Source: Breznakia sp. PF5-3
GTDB taxonomy: Bacteria; Bacillota_I; Bacilli_A; Erysipelotrichales; Erysipelotrichaceae
Reading direction: 5' to 3'
Assembly: GCF_029504745.1 (NCBI RefSeq)
Contig: NZ_JAQFIQ010000016.1
Location: 14,215 to 46,214, forward strand
DNA length: 32,000 nucleotides
Under the pieces are notes generated by a model. The model made no database searches. It was not told the origin of the DNA and was given only the letters and a program-made list of their open reading frames with translations. The translations under genes were made by a program, and so were the position numbers. Position 1 is the stretch's first letter. Every line of letters begins with the position of its first letter. Below, in pieces: positions 7,818 to 19,324 of the stretch.

Positions 7818-9077
7818 ATGCAAAAATTAATAGATTGGCTAGAAAATAGTTTCGCGCCAAAAATGAACAAGATTAACCATAATGTATGGGTAGTCACTTT
7901 AAAAGACTCTGTTATGCAGATTTTACCATTTATTTTATTGGGATCATTATTCTGTGTTGGAGCGGTTGTAGAGAATTATGTTGACCTTCCATTTTCATTC
8001 TGGACACCATTTGGGTGGACGATGGGAATGGTATCATTATTGGTAGCTTTCTTAATTCCATTCAACTTTTGTGAGAAAAAACGTTTAAGAAAACAAAGAT
8101 TAATCGCAGGATCAAGTGGAATTATTTTATTCTTAATTTCAATTACACCAGAAGTAGTTGCAGAAGGTGCACCAGGATTTGGATCTAGTGCATTGGGTGC
8201 AGGGGGAATGTTCTGTGCAATTGTAACAGGGATTTTAACTTGTATTGTATTTAACTTATTTGGAAAGTTTTCATTCTTTAAAGAAGATAGTGCGATTCCT
8301 GATTTTGTACGTCAATGGTTTGATTCTTTATTGCCAATATTTATTATTATTTTTGGTGGATTTATCTTAGTACAAGTAGCAGGTGTAAACTTATATGGAA
8401 TTGTAACTTCATTCTTCGAACCTTTAGGTGCGATGTGTAATACATGGTATGGATTTATTTTGATGAACTTCATCACGTGTTTCATTTACTCAATGGGTAT
8501 TTCAAGTTGGGTATTGACACCAGCAACAGAGCCAGTAAAATTGGCAAGTATTGCAGCAAACATTGCTATGGTTAGTGCAGGGACAGCAACCGTTGCTAAC
8601 TTGAATATGTATACTGAGACATTGGTTTATACATGTTATATGTGGATTGGTGGGATTGCATGTACGTTCCCATTAGTTCTGTTCTTGATGAGATCAAAAT
8701 CTAAAAAATTAAGTGCTTTAGGAAAAGCATGTTTAGGACCAGCAATCTTTAATATCAATGAACCAGTTGTATTTGGTTGTATTGCATGGAACCCTATTAT
8801 GATGTTACCAATGTGGATTATTGGTTTGGTAATCCCAGCGATTACTTGGATTGGATGTAAGGTAATTGCCTTTGCACCAATTCCTACAATTCAGTTTGAT
8901 TTGTGGTACTGTCCATATCCAATTTCTACATGGATTTCATCACAAGGATCGATTGCAGCGGTTATATTCGTTATTATAACGTTTGTTGTTGCAGCATTGA
9001 TTTGGTACCCATTCTTTAAAGCATATGAAAAACAATGTGTGGAAGAAGAGATGGCAGCTTTAGAACAAAAAAAATAA
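7818..9077 (+). CDS. PTS lactose/cellobiose-family EIIC permease
   Basis: 419 aa polytopic membrane protein. The N-terminus LENSFAPKMNKINHNVWVVTLKDSVMQILPFILLGSLF is typical of CelB/LicC-type EIIC. Confidence 0.85.
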   Translation: MQKLIDWLENSFAPKMNKINHNVWVVTLKDSVMQILPFILLGSLFCVGAVVENYVDLPFSFWTPFGWTMGMVSLLVAFLIPFNFCEKKRLRKQRLIAGSSGIILFLISITPEVVAEGAPGFGSSALGAGGMFCAIVTGILTCIVFNLFGKFSFFKEDSAIPDFVRQWFDSLLPIFIIIFGGFILVQVAGVNLYGIVTSFFEPLGAMCNTWYGFILMNFITCFIYSMGISSWVLTPATEPVKLASIAANIAMVSAGTATVANLNMYTETLVYTCYMWIGGIACTFPLVLFLMRSKSKKLSALGKACLGPAIFNINEPVVFGCIAWNPIMMLPMWIIGLVIPAITWIGCKVIAFAPIPTIQFDLWYCPYPISTWISSQGSIAAVIFVIITFVVAALIWYPFFKAYEKQCVEEEMAALEQKK

Positions 9078-9098
9078 AGAGAAGGAGCGTGACTTATT

Positions 9099-9437
9099 AT
9101 GATGAGTGAAACAGTAATGAACTCAGCGATGCAGATTATATTGCATGCTGGTGATGCAAGAGTATCATGTAAACAAGCACTAGATGCAATTGCCGCAGCT
9201 GATTTTAGTACAGCGGAAGAAAAAATGAAAGAAGCGCAAGACAAAATCACGCTAGCTCATAAAGTTCAAACAGACGCAATTCAGGAGGAAACACGGGGAG
9301 AAGAATCTGAATATTCTCTATTGTTTGCTCATGCTCAAGATACGCTAATGACAATTTATAGCGAAATCAATATAGCAAAGCAGTTACTGAAAATATTTAC
9401 AGTATATGACAAAAGAATTGCTGCTTTAGAAAAATAA
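9099..9437 (+). CDS. PTS lactose/cellobiose-family EIIA component
   Basis: 112 aa three-helix type with AGDAR, AHKVQT and LLFAHAQDTLMT motifs (HAQD histidine region). Confidence 0.85.
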   Translation: MMSETVMNSAMQIILHAGDARVSCKQALDAIAAADFSTAEEKMKEAQDKITLAHKVQTDAIQEETRGEESEYSLLFAHAQDTLMTIYSEINIAKQLLKIFTVYDKRIAALEK

Positions 9438-9442
9438 TTACT

Positions 9443-9473
9443 AAGGATTTCAGCAATGAAATCCTTTTATTAA
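9443..9473 (+). terminator. Intra-operon terminator-like hairpin between EIIA and the GH1 genes
   Basis: Perfect 9-bp arms AAGGATTTC (9443-9451) and GAAATCCTT (9458-9466) with loop AGCAAT, followed by TTATTAA. Only about 26 nt remain before the next start codon, leaving no room for a new promoter. Confidence 0.5.
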
Positions 9474-9492
9474 CTAAGTTATGGAGGTATAG

Positions 9493-13837
<4,345 letters not shown>

Positions 13838-13839
13838 GA

Positions 13840-14439
13840 ATGTCAAAGACGATAAAAACAATCCTTGGTTTGTTCGTTGCGATAAATTTGACTGGATTAG
13901 GTGTAGCATTGTTTGTTGGAGTAAATCTGGGATCGGATACCATTACGGTTTTGGTAGATGGTATTCATCAAACCTTTGATATGAGTTATGGAGCTGCATC
14001 GAGAGTTTATAATATTATCATGTTGATGATTGCACTAGCAGTAGCACGTAAAAGTATTGGATGGACGACCGTTGTTTATGCATTAAGCGTAGGTTTTTCC
14101 ATGGATTTCTTTAACGAGGTGTTATCTATATTTGCAATGAATGACTTTTCATTAATTGCGAAAGTATTATGTATTATATTAGGTCAATTATGTTTTGGTA
14201 TGGCCTATGCATTGTTAATTATCTTTCGTAAAGGAATGAATCAAGCGGATGCGATATCCTATTATATTGCGGATAAAATACATACAAAATATGTTTATGT
14301 AAGAACTACCATGGATATCATGATGATTGTTGTCGGATATCTATTGGGAGGTATTGTAGGTATTGGTTCTATTATTGCAATGTGTACAACAGGGATATTT
14401 GTAAATATGTTTTTAAAAATTATGCATTATGAGCAGTAG
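13840..14439 (+). CDS. YczE/YyaS/YitT-like small polytopic membrane protein, copy 1
   Basis: 199 aa with about 5-6 TM segments. GLFVAINLTGLGVALFV..LGSDTITV is the N-terminal pattern I associate with the YczE/YitT group. It starts 2 nt after the GH1-3 stop with no clear SD, suggesting coupled translation. Confidence 0.55.
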   Translation: MSKTIKTILGLFVAINLTGLGVALFVGVNLGSDTITVLVDGIHQTFDMSYGAASRVYNIIMLMIALAVARKSIGWTTVVYALSVGFSMDFFNEVLSIFAMNDFSLIAKVLCIILGQLCFGMAYALLIIFRKGMNQADAISYYIADKIHTKYVYVRTTMDIMMIVVGYLLGGIVGIGSIIAMCTTGIFVNMFLKIMHYEQ

Positions 14440-14460
14440 TTAAGACTACTGCTTTTTATA
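14433..14460 (+). terminator. Intrinsic terminator between the two YczE-like genes
   Basis: Arms GCAGTAG (14433-14439, includes the stop codon) and CTACTGC (14446-14452) with loop TTAAGA, followed by TTTTTAT. Confidence 0.6.
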
Positions 14461-14471
14461 TGTTTTAAACA

Positions 14472-14480
14472 TGCTATAAT
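14472..14480 (+). promoter_or_regulatory. Extended -10 element (TGCTATAAT) for YczE-like copy 2
   Basis: Perfect TGnTATAAT 26 nt upstream of ATG 14506, followed by the SD AGGGGGAG. Confidence 0.5.
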
Positions 14481-14505
14481 AGCAATGTTGATTTAGGGGG
14501 AGTAT

Positions 14506-15105
14506 ATGAAAAATAAATTTATAAGAACAATACTTGGTTTATTTGTAGCCGTTAATTTAGCAGGTTTTGGTGCAGCTATCATGGTTCAAAGTGGTTTGGG
14601 TAGTGATCCGATTACCGTTTTTATTGATGGTTTACATCATACATTAGGAATCTCACTTGGCTGGGGGTCAAGAATGTATAGTGTTATAACATTGCTAATC
14701 GCTTTTATGATTGCTCGTAAAGATATAGGGTGGACGACAATTGTATTTACATTGAGTGTGGGCTTTACAATTGATTTCTATGATATTCTTTTGAAAAATT
14801 TTCCTATTGCAGATGTTGCATTTGGTTATCGTCTTCTATGCGTGTGTTTAGGCCAGGTGTGTTTGGGTGTTGCCTATGCGATACTGATTCTTTTCCGTAA
14901 TGGAATGAATCAATTGGAAGCGATATCCTATTATGTCAGTGATAAGCTAAATACTAAATTTGTTTATGTGAGAACAACTTTTGATGTCATCTTTTTAATA
15001 ATTGGAAAATTGCTTGGAGGTATAGTAGGTATAGGGTCTATCATTGCAATGTGTACAACCGGCTTTATTGTGAATATGATTTTAAAAATTATGCATTACG
15101 AATAA
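14506..15105 (+). CDS. YczE/YyaS/YitT-like small polytopic membrane protein, copy 2
   Basis: 199 aa, colinear with copy 1 over its full length. The last ~30 residues are almost identical (LLGGIVGIGSIIAMCTTG..VNM.LKIMHYE). Confidence 0.55.
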   Translation: MKNKFIRTILGLFVAVNLAGFGAAIMVQSGLGSDPITVFIDGLHHTLGISLGWGSRMYSVITLLIAFMIARKDIGWTTIVFTLSVGFTIDFYDILLKNFPIADVAFGYRLLCVCLGQVCLGVAYAILILFRNGMNQLEAISYYVSDKLNTKFVYVRTTFDVIFLIIGKLLGGIVGIGSIIAMCTTGFIVNMILKIMHYE

Positions 15106-15142
15106 AAATAACAATAATTGAATATATTGTTATTTTTATTTT
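15105..15142 (+). terminator. Intrinsic terminator ending the PTS/GH1/YczE locus
   Basis: Perfect 12-bp AT-rich arms AAAATAACAATA (15105-15116) and TATTGTTATTTT (15125-15136), followed by TATTTT. Confidence 0.55.
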
Positions 15143-15249
15143 ATAAAAGAGGGTTCTCTTTATTGGTATTTCTAATAAGAAAGAAGTTGGGTAAAAGAAG
15201 AGGAATGTTTAAATTTATTACTTTATAAAATGTTGTATAATATAATCAT

Positions 15250-16755
15250 ATGAAATTAGTAAATGCAAAACAAATGCGTCAAATTGATGAAGCTGCAATT
15301 CATAAATATCAAATACCAAGTTTAGAATTGATGGAAAATGCTGGACAGCAAGTGTACGAATCCATTATTCAACTTGTGAGTAAGAAGGACTTCATAGGTA
15401 TTGTTTGTGGAATTGGAAACAATGCTGGTGATGGTTTTGTTGTCGCTAGAAAACTATATGATGATGGATATAATGTTGAGATATTATCTATTGGTGAAGA
15501 AGCGAATATGAGTTTAGATTGTAAAGTGAATTACAACAAATGTACTACCTTAAGAATACCTTTTGTAGATTGTATGCAATCATGGGATGTTGTAATAGAT
15601 GCTATTTTTGGTACAGGTCTATCAAGAAATGTAGAAGGAGCGTATGCTTCGATTATTGAAAAGATAAATGCTTTATCAACAAAGGTGATAAGTATTGATA
15701 TCGCTAGTGGTATTGATGCCGCTACTGGTCACATATTAGGGAGTGTTATAAAAGCAGATTATACATTGACTTTACAAACCGGAAAAATTGGATTGTATAT
15801 GTATCCTGGAAGAATATATAGTGGACATGTAGAAGTATTGGATATTGGGATTCCACAACAGTTAATTGATGAAATGGATAGTACAATATATTTAATTGAG
15901 AAAAAAGATATGAAGTCATTACTACCAAGCCGTAGCATTCATTCTAATAAAGGCACCTATGGGAAAGTATTGTGTGTAGGCGGAAGTATGGAGATGAGTG
16001 GTGCTATTTCTTTGGCAGCACTTGCTGCGCTTCGCAGTGGTTGTGGAATGATTACTTGTGCAGTTCCAAAATGTATAAAAGATGTTGTTGCATGCAATGT
16101 GTTAGAAAGCATGAGAATTATTTTAAGTGATATAAATGGCCATATAGATAAACAAGCAGTAATAGAATTAAAGCCTAGACTATCTGCTTACAGTTGTTTG
16201 TTGATAGGTTGTGGTATAGGAAGAAGTAAAGATATAGAAGCAGTTTTAGAAGTACTACTAGATAGTGAACTTCCTTTAGTAATAGATGCAGATGGAATTT
16301 TCGCATTGAAATCTTTATTACCTAAATATAAAGAACGAAAAAATATAATTATTACACCACATCTGATGGAGTTTGCTAGACTTGTAGATAAGGATATACA
16401 AGAAATTATTGATAATCCAATTCAAGAGGCACTTGCCTTCACTGAAAGATATCCCTATATTACACTTGTTCTAAAGAGTGAAACATCTTTAGTTGTTCAA
16501 AATAGAAAAGTTTATGTAAATACTTATGGAAACAATGGACTAGCAAAAGGTGGTAGTGGAGATGTGTTAGCAGGAATAATTACAGGTCTTTATGCACAGA
16601 ATAAGGATGCGTTAGCAGCGGCTACTCTAGGTGTTTTCCTACATGCGTATAGTGCGGATGTTTTACTGAATGAAAAAACCCTCTATAGTATGATTCCAAG
16701 TGATATATTTATGCAAATTGATGATATAATAAAATCATTAGAGGAAGATTTATGA
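15250..16755 (+). CDS. nnr: Bifunctional NAD(P)H-hydrate repair enzyme Nnr (epimerase + ADP-dependent dehydratase)
   Basis: 501 aa. N-terminal YjeF_N pattern (MRQIDEAAI..IPSLELMENAG..CGIGNNAGDGFV) and C-terminal carbohydrate-kinase-like dehydratase (HSNKGTYGKVLCVGGS...GGSGDVLAGII). Confidence 0.9.
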   Translation: MKLVNAKQMRQIDEAAIHKYQIPSLELMENAGQQVYESIIQLVSKKDFIGIVCGIGNNAGDGFVVARKLYDDGYNVEILSIGEEANMSLDCKVNYNKCTTLRIPFVDCMQSWDVVIDAIFGTGLSRNVEGAYASIIEKINALSTKVISIDIASGIDAATGHILGSVIKADYTLTLQTGKIGLYMYPGRIYSGHVEVLDIGIPQQLIDEMDSTIYLIEKKDMKSLLPSRSIHSNKGTYGKVLCVGGSMEMSGAISLAALAALRSGCGMITCAVPKCIKDVVACNVLESMRIILSDINGHIDKQAVIELKPRLSAYSCLLIGCGIGRSKDIEAVLEVLLDSELPLVIDADGIFALKSLLPKYKERKNIIITPHLMEFARLVDKDIQEIIDNPIQEALAFTERYPYITLVLKSETSLVVQNRKVYVNTYGNNGLAKGGSGDVLAGIITGLYAQNKDALAAATLGVFLHAYSADVLLNEKTLYSMIPSDIFMQIDDIIKSLEEDL

Positions 16756-17654
16756 TTCATATTATTGCAATGGTACCATATCTAGATAAAATTGAACGAG
16801 GTAAGGTTGATGAAAATCAACATTTTCATTTGCAATATACAACTTATCGTTTATCTAATGATGGATTACAAGTAGGACGTTATTTAAATACTCTAGGTGT
16901 TGATTATCAAGCATATGGTATAGTTGGAAAACAAGCATTAAAGTTTAAAGAGGATGATATGCATGCAATACAGATGGATGTTGAAAATGGAATGCGGATA
17001 TCATTTTACCAAGATGAAGAGTTGTGGCAACGTTTATATGATCCTCAACCTAGTTTAAGTGAAGATCAGTTAATGTTATATAAAACAATTGTAGGAAGTA
17101 GTATTCATCAAGGGGATTTACTAGTGTTTGCAGATATGTTAGATACGTTATCTTTTGCTCAAGCAAAAGCCCTATATTGTGATTTACGAAATAAAGCAAA
17201 GCTTTCTATATGGGCATTACCACCGATGTATTTATCAATGTTGAAAGATGCACCTTGTAATGTACTTGTTCAAGATCTTCAAAGTTTAAAGAAACATTTT
17301 AAGATTCAAAAAGAATTAAACCTTGTGGAAACGATACATCTTGTGAAACAAGAATTGTTATCGTTATCGAAAATTGTAATCTTAGGTGTTCGTAGTAATA
17401 AAATTTTAATTTTTGTTGGTGAAGATATATATAGCGCAGATTACAAAGTAGATGATCCAAAAGATAATGTTTATTATGCAGCAATGATAAGTGGGGTACT
17501 ATATTGTCATATCCAAAATGGTGACATAAAATGTTTGCTTGAAGAAGTACTTAGCTTAAGTGTTGGAGCAAGCTTATCTGGTGATTTGTATATACCTGAA
17601 AAGGAAGTTATAGCTAAGATTAAAGAAAAGATGGTGATTTCAAAATTGGTATAG
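16752..17654 (+). CDS. PfkB/ribokinase-fold-like protein with degenerate catalytic motifs
   Basis: 300 aa. The N-terminus aligns by eye with 1-phosphofructokinase-type PfkB proteins (MIHIIAMVPYLDKI...LNTLGVDYQAYGIVGK), but the GG dipeptide position reads ND. The C-terminal GAGD anion-hole/catalytic motif position reads YYAAM. ATGA overlap with nnr. Confidence 0.45.
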   Translation: MIHIIAMVPYLDKIERGKVDENQHFHLQYTTYRLSNDGLQVGRYLNTLGVDYQAYGIVGKQALKFKEDDMHAIQMDVENGMRISFYQDEELWQRLYDPQPSLSEDQLMLYKTIVGSSIHQGDLLVFADMLDTLSFAQAKALYCDLRNKAKLSIWALPPMYLSMLKDAPCNVLVQDLQSLKKHFKIQKELNLVETIHLVKQELLSLSKIVILGVRSNKILIFVGEDIYSADYKVDDPKDNVYYAAMISGVLYCHIQNGDIKCLLEEVLSLSVGASLSGDLYIPEKEVIAKIKEKMVISKLV

Positions 17655-17705
17655 AGGGAGAATGTGATACGTAATAAAATAGTATGCATAAGGAGGGGCT
17701 TTTAA

Positions 17706-18050
17706 ATGACGAATCAACGAATTGAACATTCTATGAAAATTTTATTGTTGGCAGGAGATGCTAGAGCAAAGTGCATGGAAGCACTAAGTGCAATTTCAAA
17801 TCAAGAAATTGATTACGCAAAAAAACTATTAAATGAGGCACAGGAAATTATAACAAATGCTCATAAAGTACAAACAGAAATTATACAAGAAGAAATATGT
17901 AAAGAATACAATGAGTATTCACTTTTATTTTCGCACGCACAAGATACATTGATGACAATTTGTAGTGAGATTAATATTGCGAAACAATTGATAAAGATAT
18001 TCACACAATATAATCAACGCTTGTGTGAGTTAGAAAAAGTACATATATAA
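17706..18050 (+). CDS. Orphan PTS lactose/cellobiose-family EIIA paralogue
   Basis: 114 aa, colinear with the EIIA at 9099..9437 (AGDARAKC, NAHKVQTEIIQEE, LLFSHAQDTLMTICSEINIAKQLIKIF). No EIIB or EIIC is adjacent. SD AAGGAGGGG. Confidence 0.85.
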   Translation: MTNQRIEHSMKILLLAGDARAKCMEALSAISNQEIDYAKKLLNEAQEIITNAHKVQTEIIQEEICKEYNEYSLLFSHAQDTLMTICSEINIAKQLIKIFTQYNQRLCELEKVHI

Positions 18051-18055
18051 AAAAT

Positions 18056-18082
18056 CAAACAAGATAATTGTTTGTTTTTTTT
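18056..18082 (+). terminator. Intrinsic terminator after the nnr / pfkB-like / EIIA operon
   Basis: Arms CAAACAA (18056-18062) and TTGTTTG (18068-18074) with loop GATAA, followed by T8. Confidence 0.65.
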
Positions 18083-18220
18083 ATTACCATGTCTATAAAA
18101 TTATAATATATCATCTTAATAATGATTAAAACACTAACAGCATTTCGCTTTAAGAGAGAATTTGTGTTTCATTCATCATGATAATGTGATAAAATATAAA
18201 TAAAATTAGGAGGGGGGAGC

Positions 18221-18643
18221 ATGGAAGAACAATTTAGAAGACAACTGTTTTTACTTGAAAACCAATTGGATGATACATATAGATTATTGAGAAGTAGCCA
18301 ACAAAAGATTGAAGATATAGAACAATTTATGATGTATTATCAAAGCAAAAGGGTTCATATTCTGCAAGGAATAGATCAAAAGCGAATAAAGCTTTCAAAT
18401 TACTATGATATATTTGAAAATGGAATAGCAACAAGAAACTATTCTGCATATATGCAGAATTTTTTGTGTGGTCAAAAAGGAGCTATAATCAACTTGGAAA
18501 GTGATAAAGCAGAAGATGAAATGAGACGAAAAAAAGCCCAATTACAAAATCAATTCTTGGATATAGAATGCAATATAAGATCATTGAATAACCAGTATGA
18601 AACAGTACAATGGGATTTAAGAAGGTATTTATCCGATAAATAA
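18221..18643 (+). CDS. Small coiled-coil protein, YwqH/DUF5082-like (T7SS toxin partner-like), first gene of the hydrolase operon
   Basis: 140 aa, heptad-rich and Pro-free, with two long helical stretches split by a central Gly-containing segment (ENGIATRNY...CGQKGA). Very strong SD AGGAGGGGGG. The layout resembles small helical partners encoded with LXG/T7SSb toxins. The family assignment is from memory only. Confidence 0.45.
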   Translation: MEEQFRRQLFLLENQLDDTYRLLRSSQQKIEDIEQFMMYYQSKRVHILQGIDQKRIKLSNYYDIFENGIATRNYSAYMQNFLCGQKGAIINLESDKAEDEMRRKKAQLQNQFLDIECNIRSLNNQYETVQWDLRRYLSDK

Positions 18644-18684
18644 AAGGATAAAAGATATTTAGTAAAGAGATAGGAGAAATAAGG

Positions 18685-19017
18685 ATGGATGAATTAAAAA
18701 TAAAAGATAATGATTTTAATCAAGTAGAAGATTATATAAATCAATTTATGAATGAACTAAAGGAGATATCGAAGCTGTATTTTGATAACATACATGTTAT
18801 TTATGAGTATGGATTACAAGATAGCGCTATGCAAGAAGTTATTTATGATAAGATTTACGCTCTTGTATATTTCACTTCAAGAGAGATTCAATCGGAAGTG
18901 GGGATGGAGAAAGATTATCATCCATTGCAAAAAGCAGTAAATGAATATAGTTTTACGCATAATGAATTGAATGCGTTTGTTTCAGAAATTGATGAAATTG
19001 ATTCAATATTATATTAG
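18685..19017 (+). CDS. Small helical protein (helix-turn-helix hairpin size), candidate T7SS targeting partner
   Basis: 110 aa, acidic, no signal peptide, with a central turn around EYGLQDSAMQ. SD TAGGAGAAA. Confidence 0.4.
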   Translation: MDELKIKDNDFNQVEDYINQFMNELKEISKLYFDNIHVIYEYGLQDSAMQEVIYDKIYALVYFTSREIQSEVGMEKDYHPLQKAVNEYSFTHNELNAFVSEIDEIDSILY

Positions 19018-19028
19018 GGAGAAAGAAT

Positions 19029-19322
19029 ATGGGAAAGACATTAATAATAAAACCAATCATATGTATGGACGCTTTACTTAAAATGAGAAAAGCAGCGGAA
19101 CAGATATTAAAAATGTATGAACATGATCTTGATGATTTATTAGCAAATAGTACAGGGAAATCAGTTGAGGAATTGAAAGTGATGGTTATGGAAATGCATG
19201 GATTGAAAACAGAACTGTATGATTTAATGAAAGAATTATCAGATGAAATTGATAGTTATTTGAAAGAACATATTGAGTTAGATGAAAAAACAGCATTGAA
19301 AATAAGAACCCAAAGGGAGTGA
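19029..19322 (+). CDS. Small helical protein of WXG100-like size, candidate T7SS targeting partner
   Basis: 97 aa with two predicted helices around a central NSTGKSVEEL turn and no signal peptide. Begins 11 nt after the previous gene; SD GGGAGAAAG. Confidence 0.4.
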   Translation: MGKTLIIKPIICMDALLKMRKAAEQILKMYEHDLDDLLANSTGKSVEELKVMVMEMHGLKTELYDLMKELSDEIDSYLKEHIELDEKTALKIRTQRE

Positions 19323-19324
19323 AT

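Noticed and set aside
8891-9250. 119-aa minus-strand ORF spanning the EIIC/EIIA junction
   Set aside because: It is a shadow ORF opposite two confidently called PTS genes, with no start context.
15746-17689. Minus-strand ORFs 15746..15928, 17299..17484 and 17507..17689
   Set aside because: They are about 60 aa each, antisense to nnr and the pfkB-like gene, with no SD.
19319-19324. GTG start for the lipoprotein gene (and likewise GTG 31033 and ATG 12395 for other genes)
   Set aside because: The downstream ATGs (19325, 31042, 12401) have better SD spacing and give canonical N-termini. The difference does not affect functional calls.
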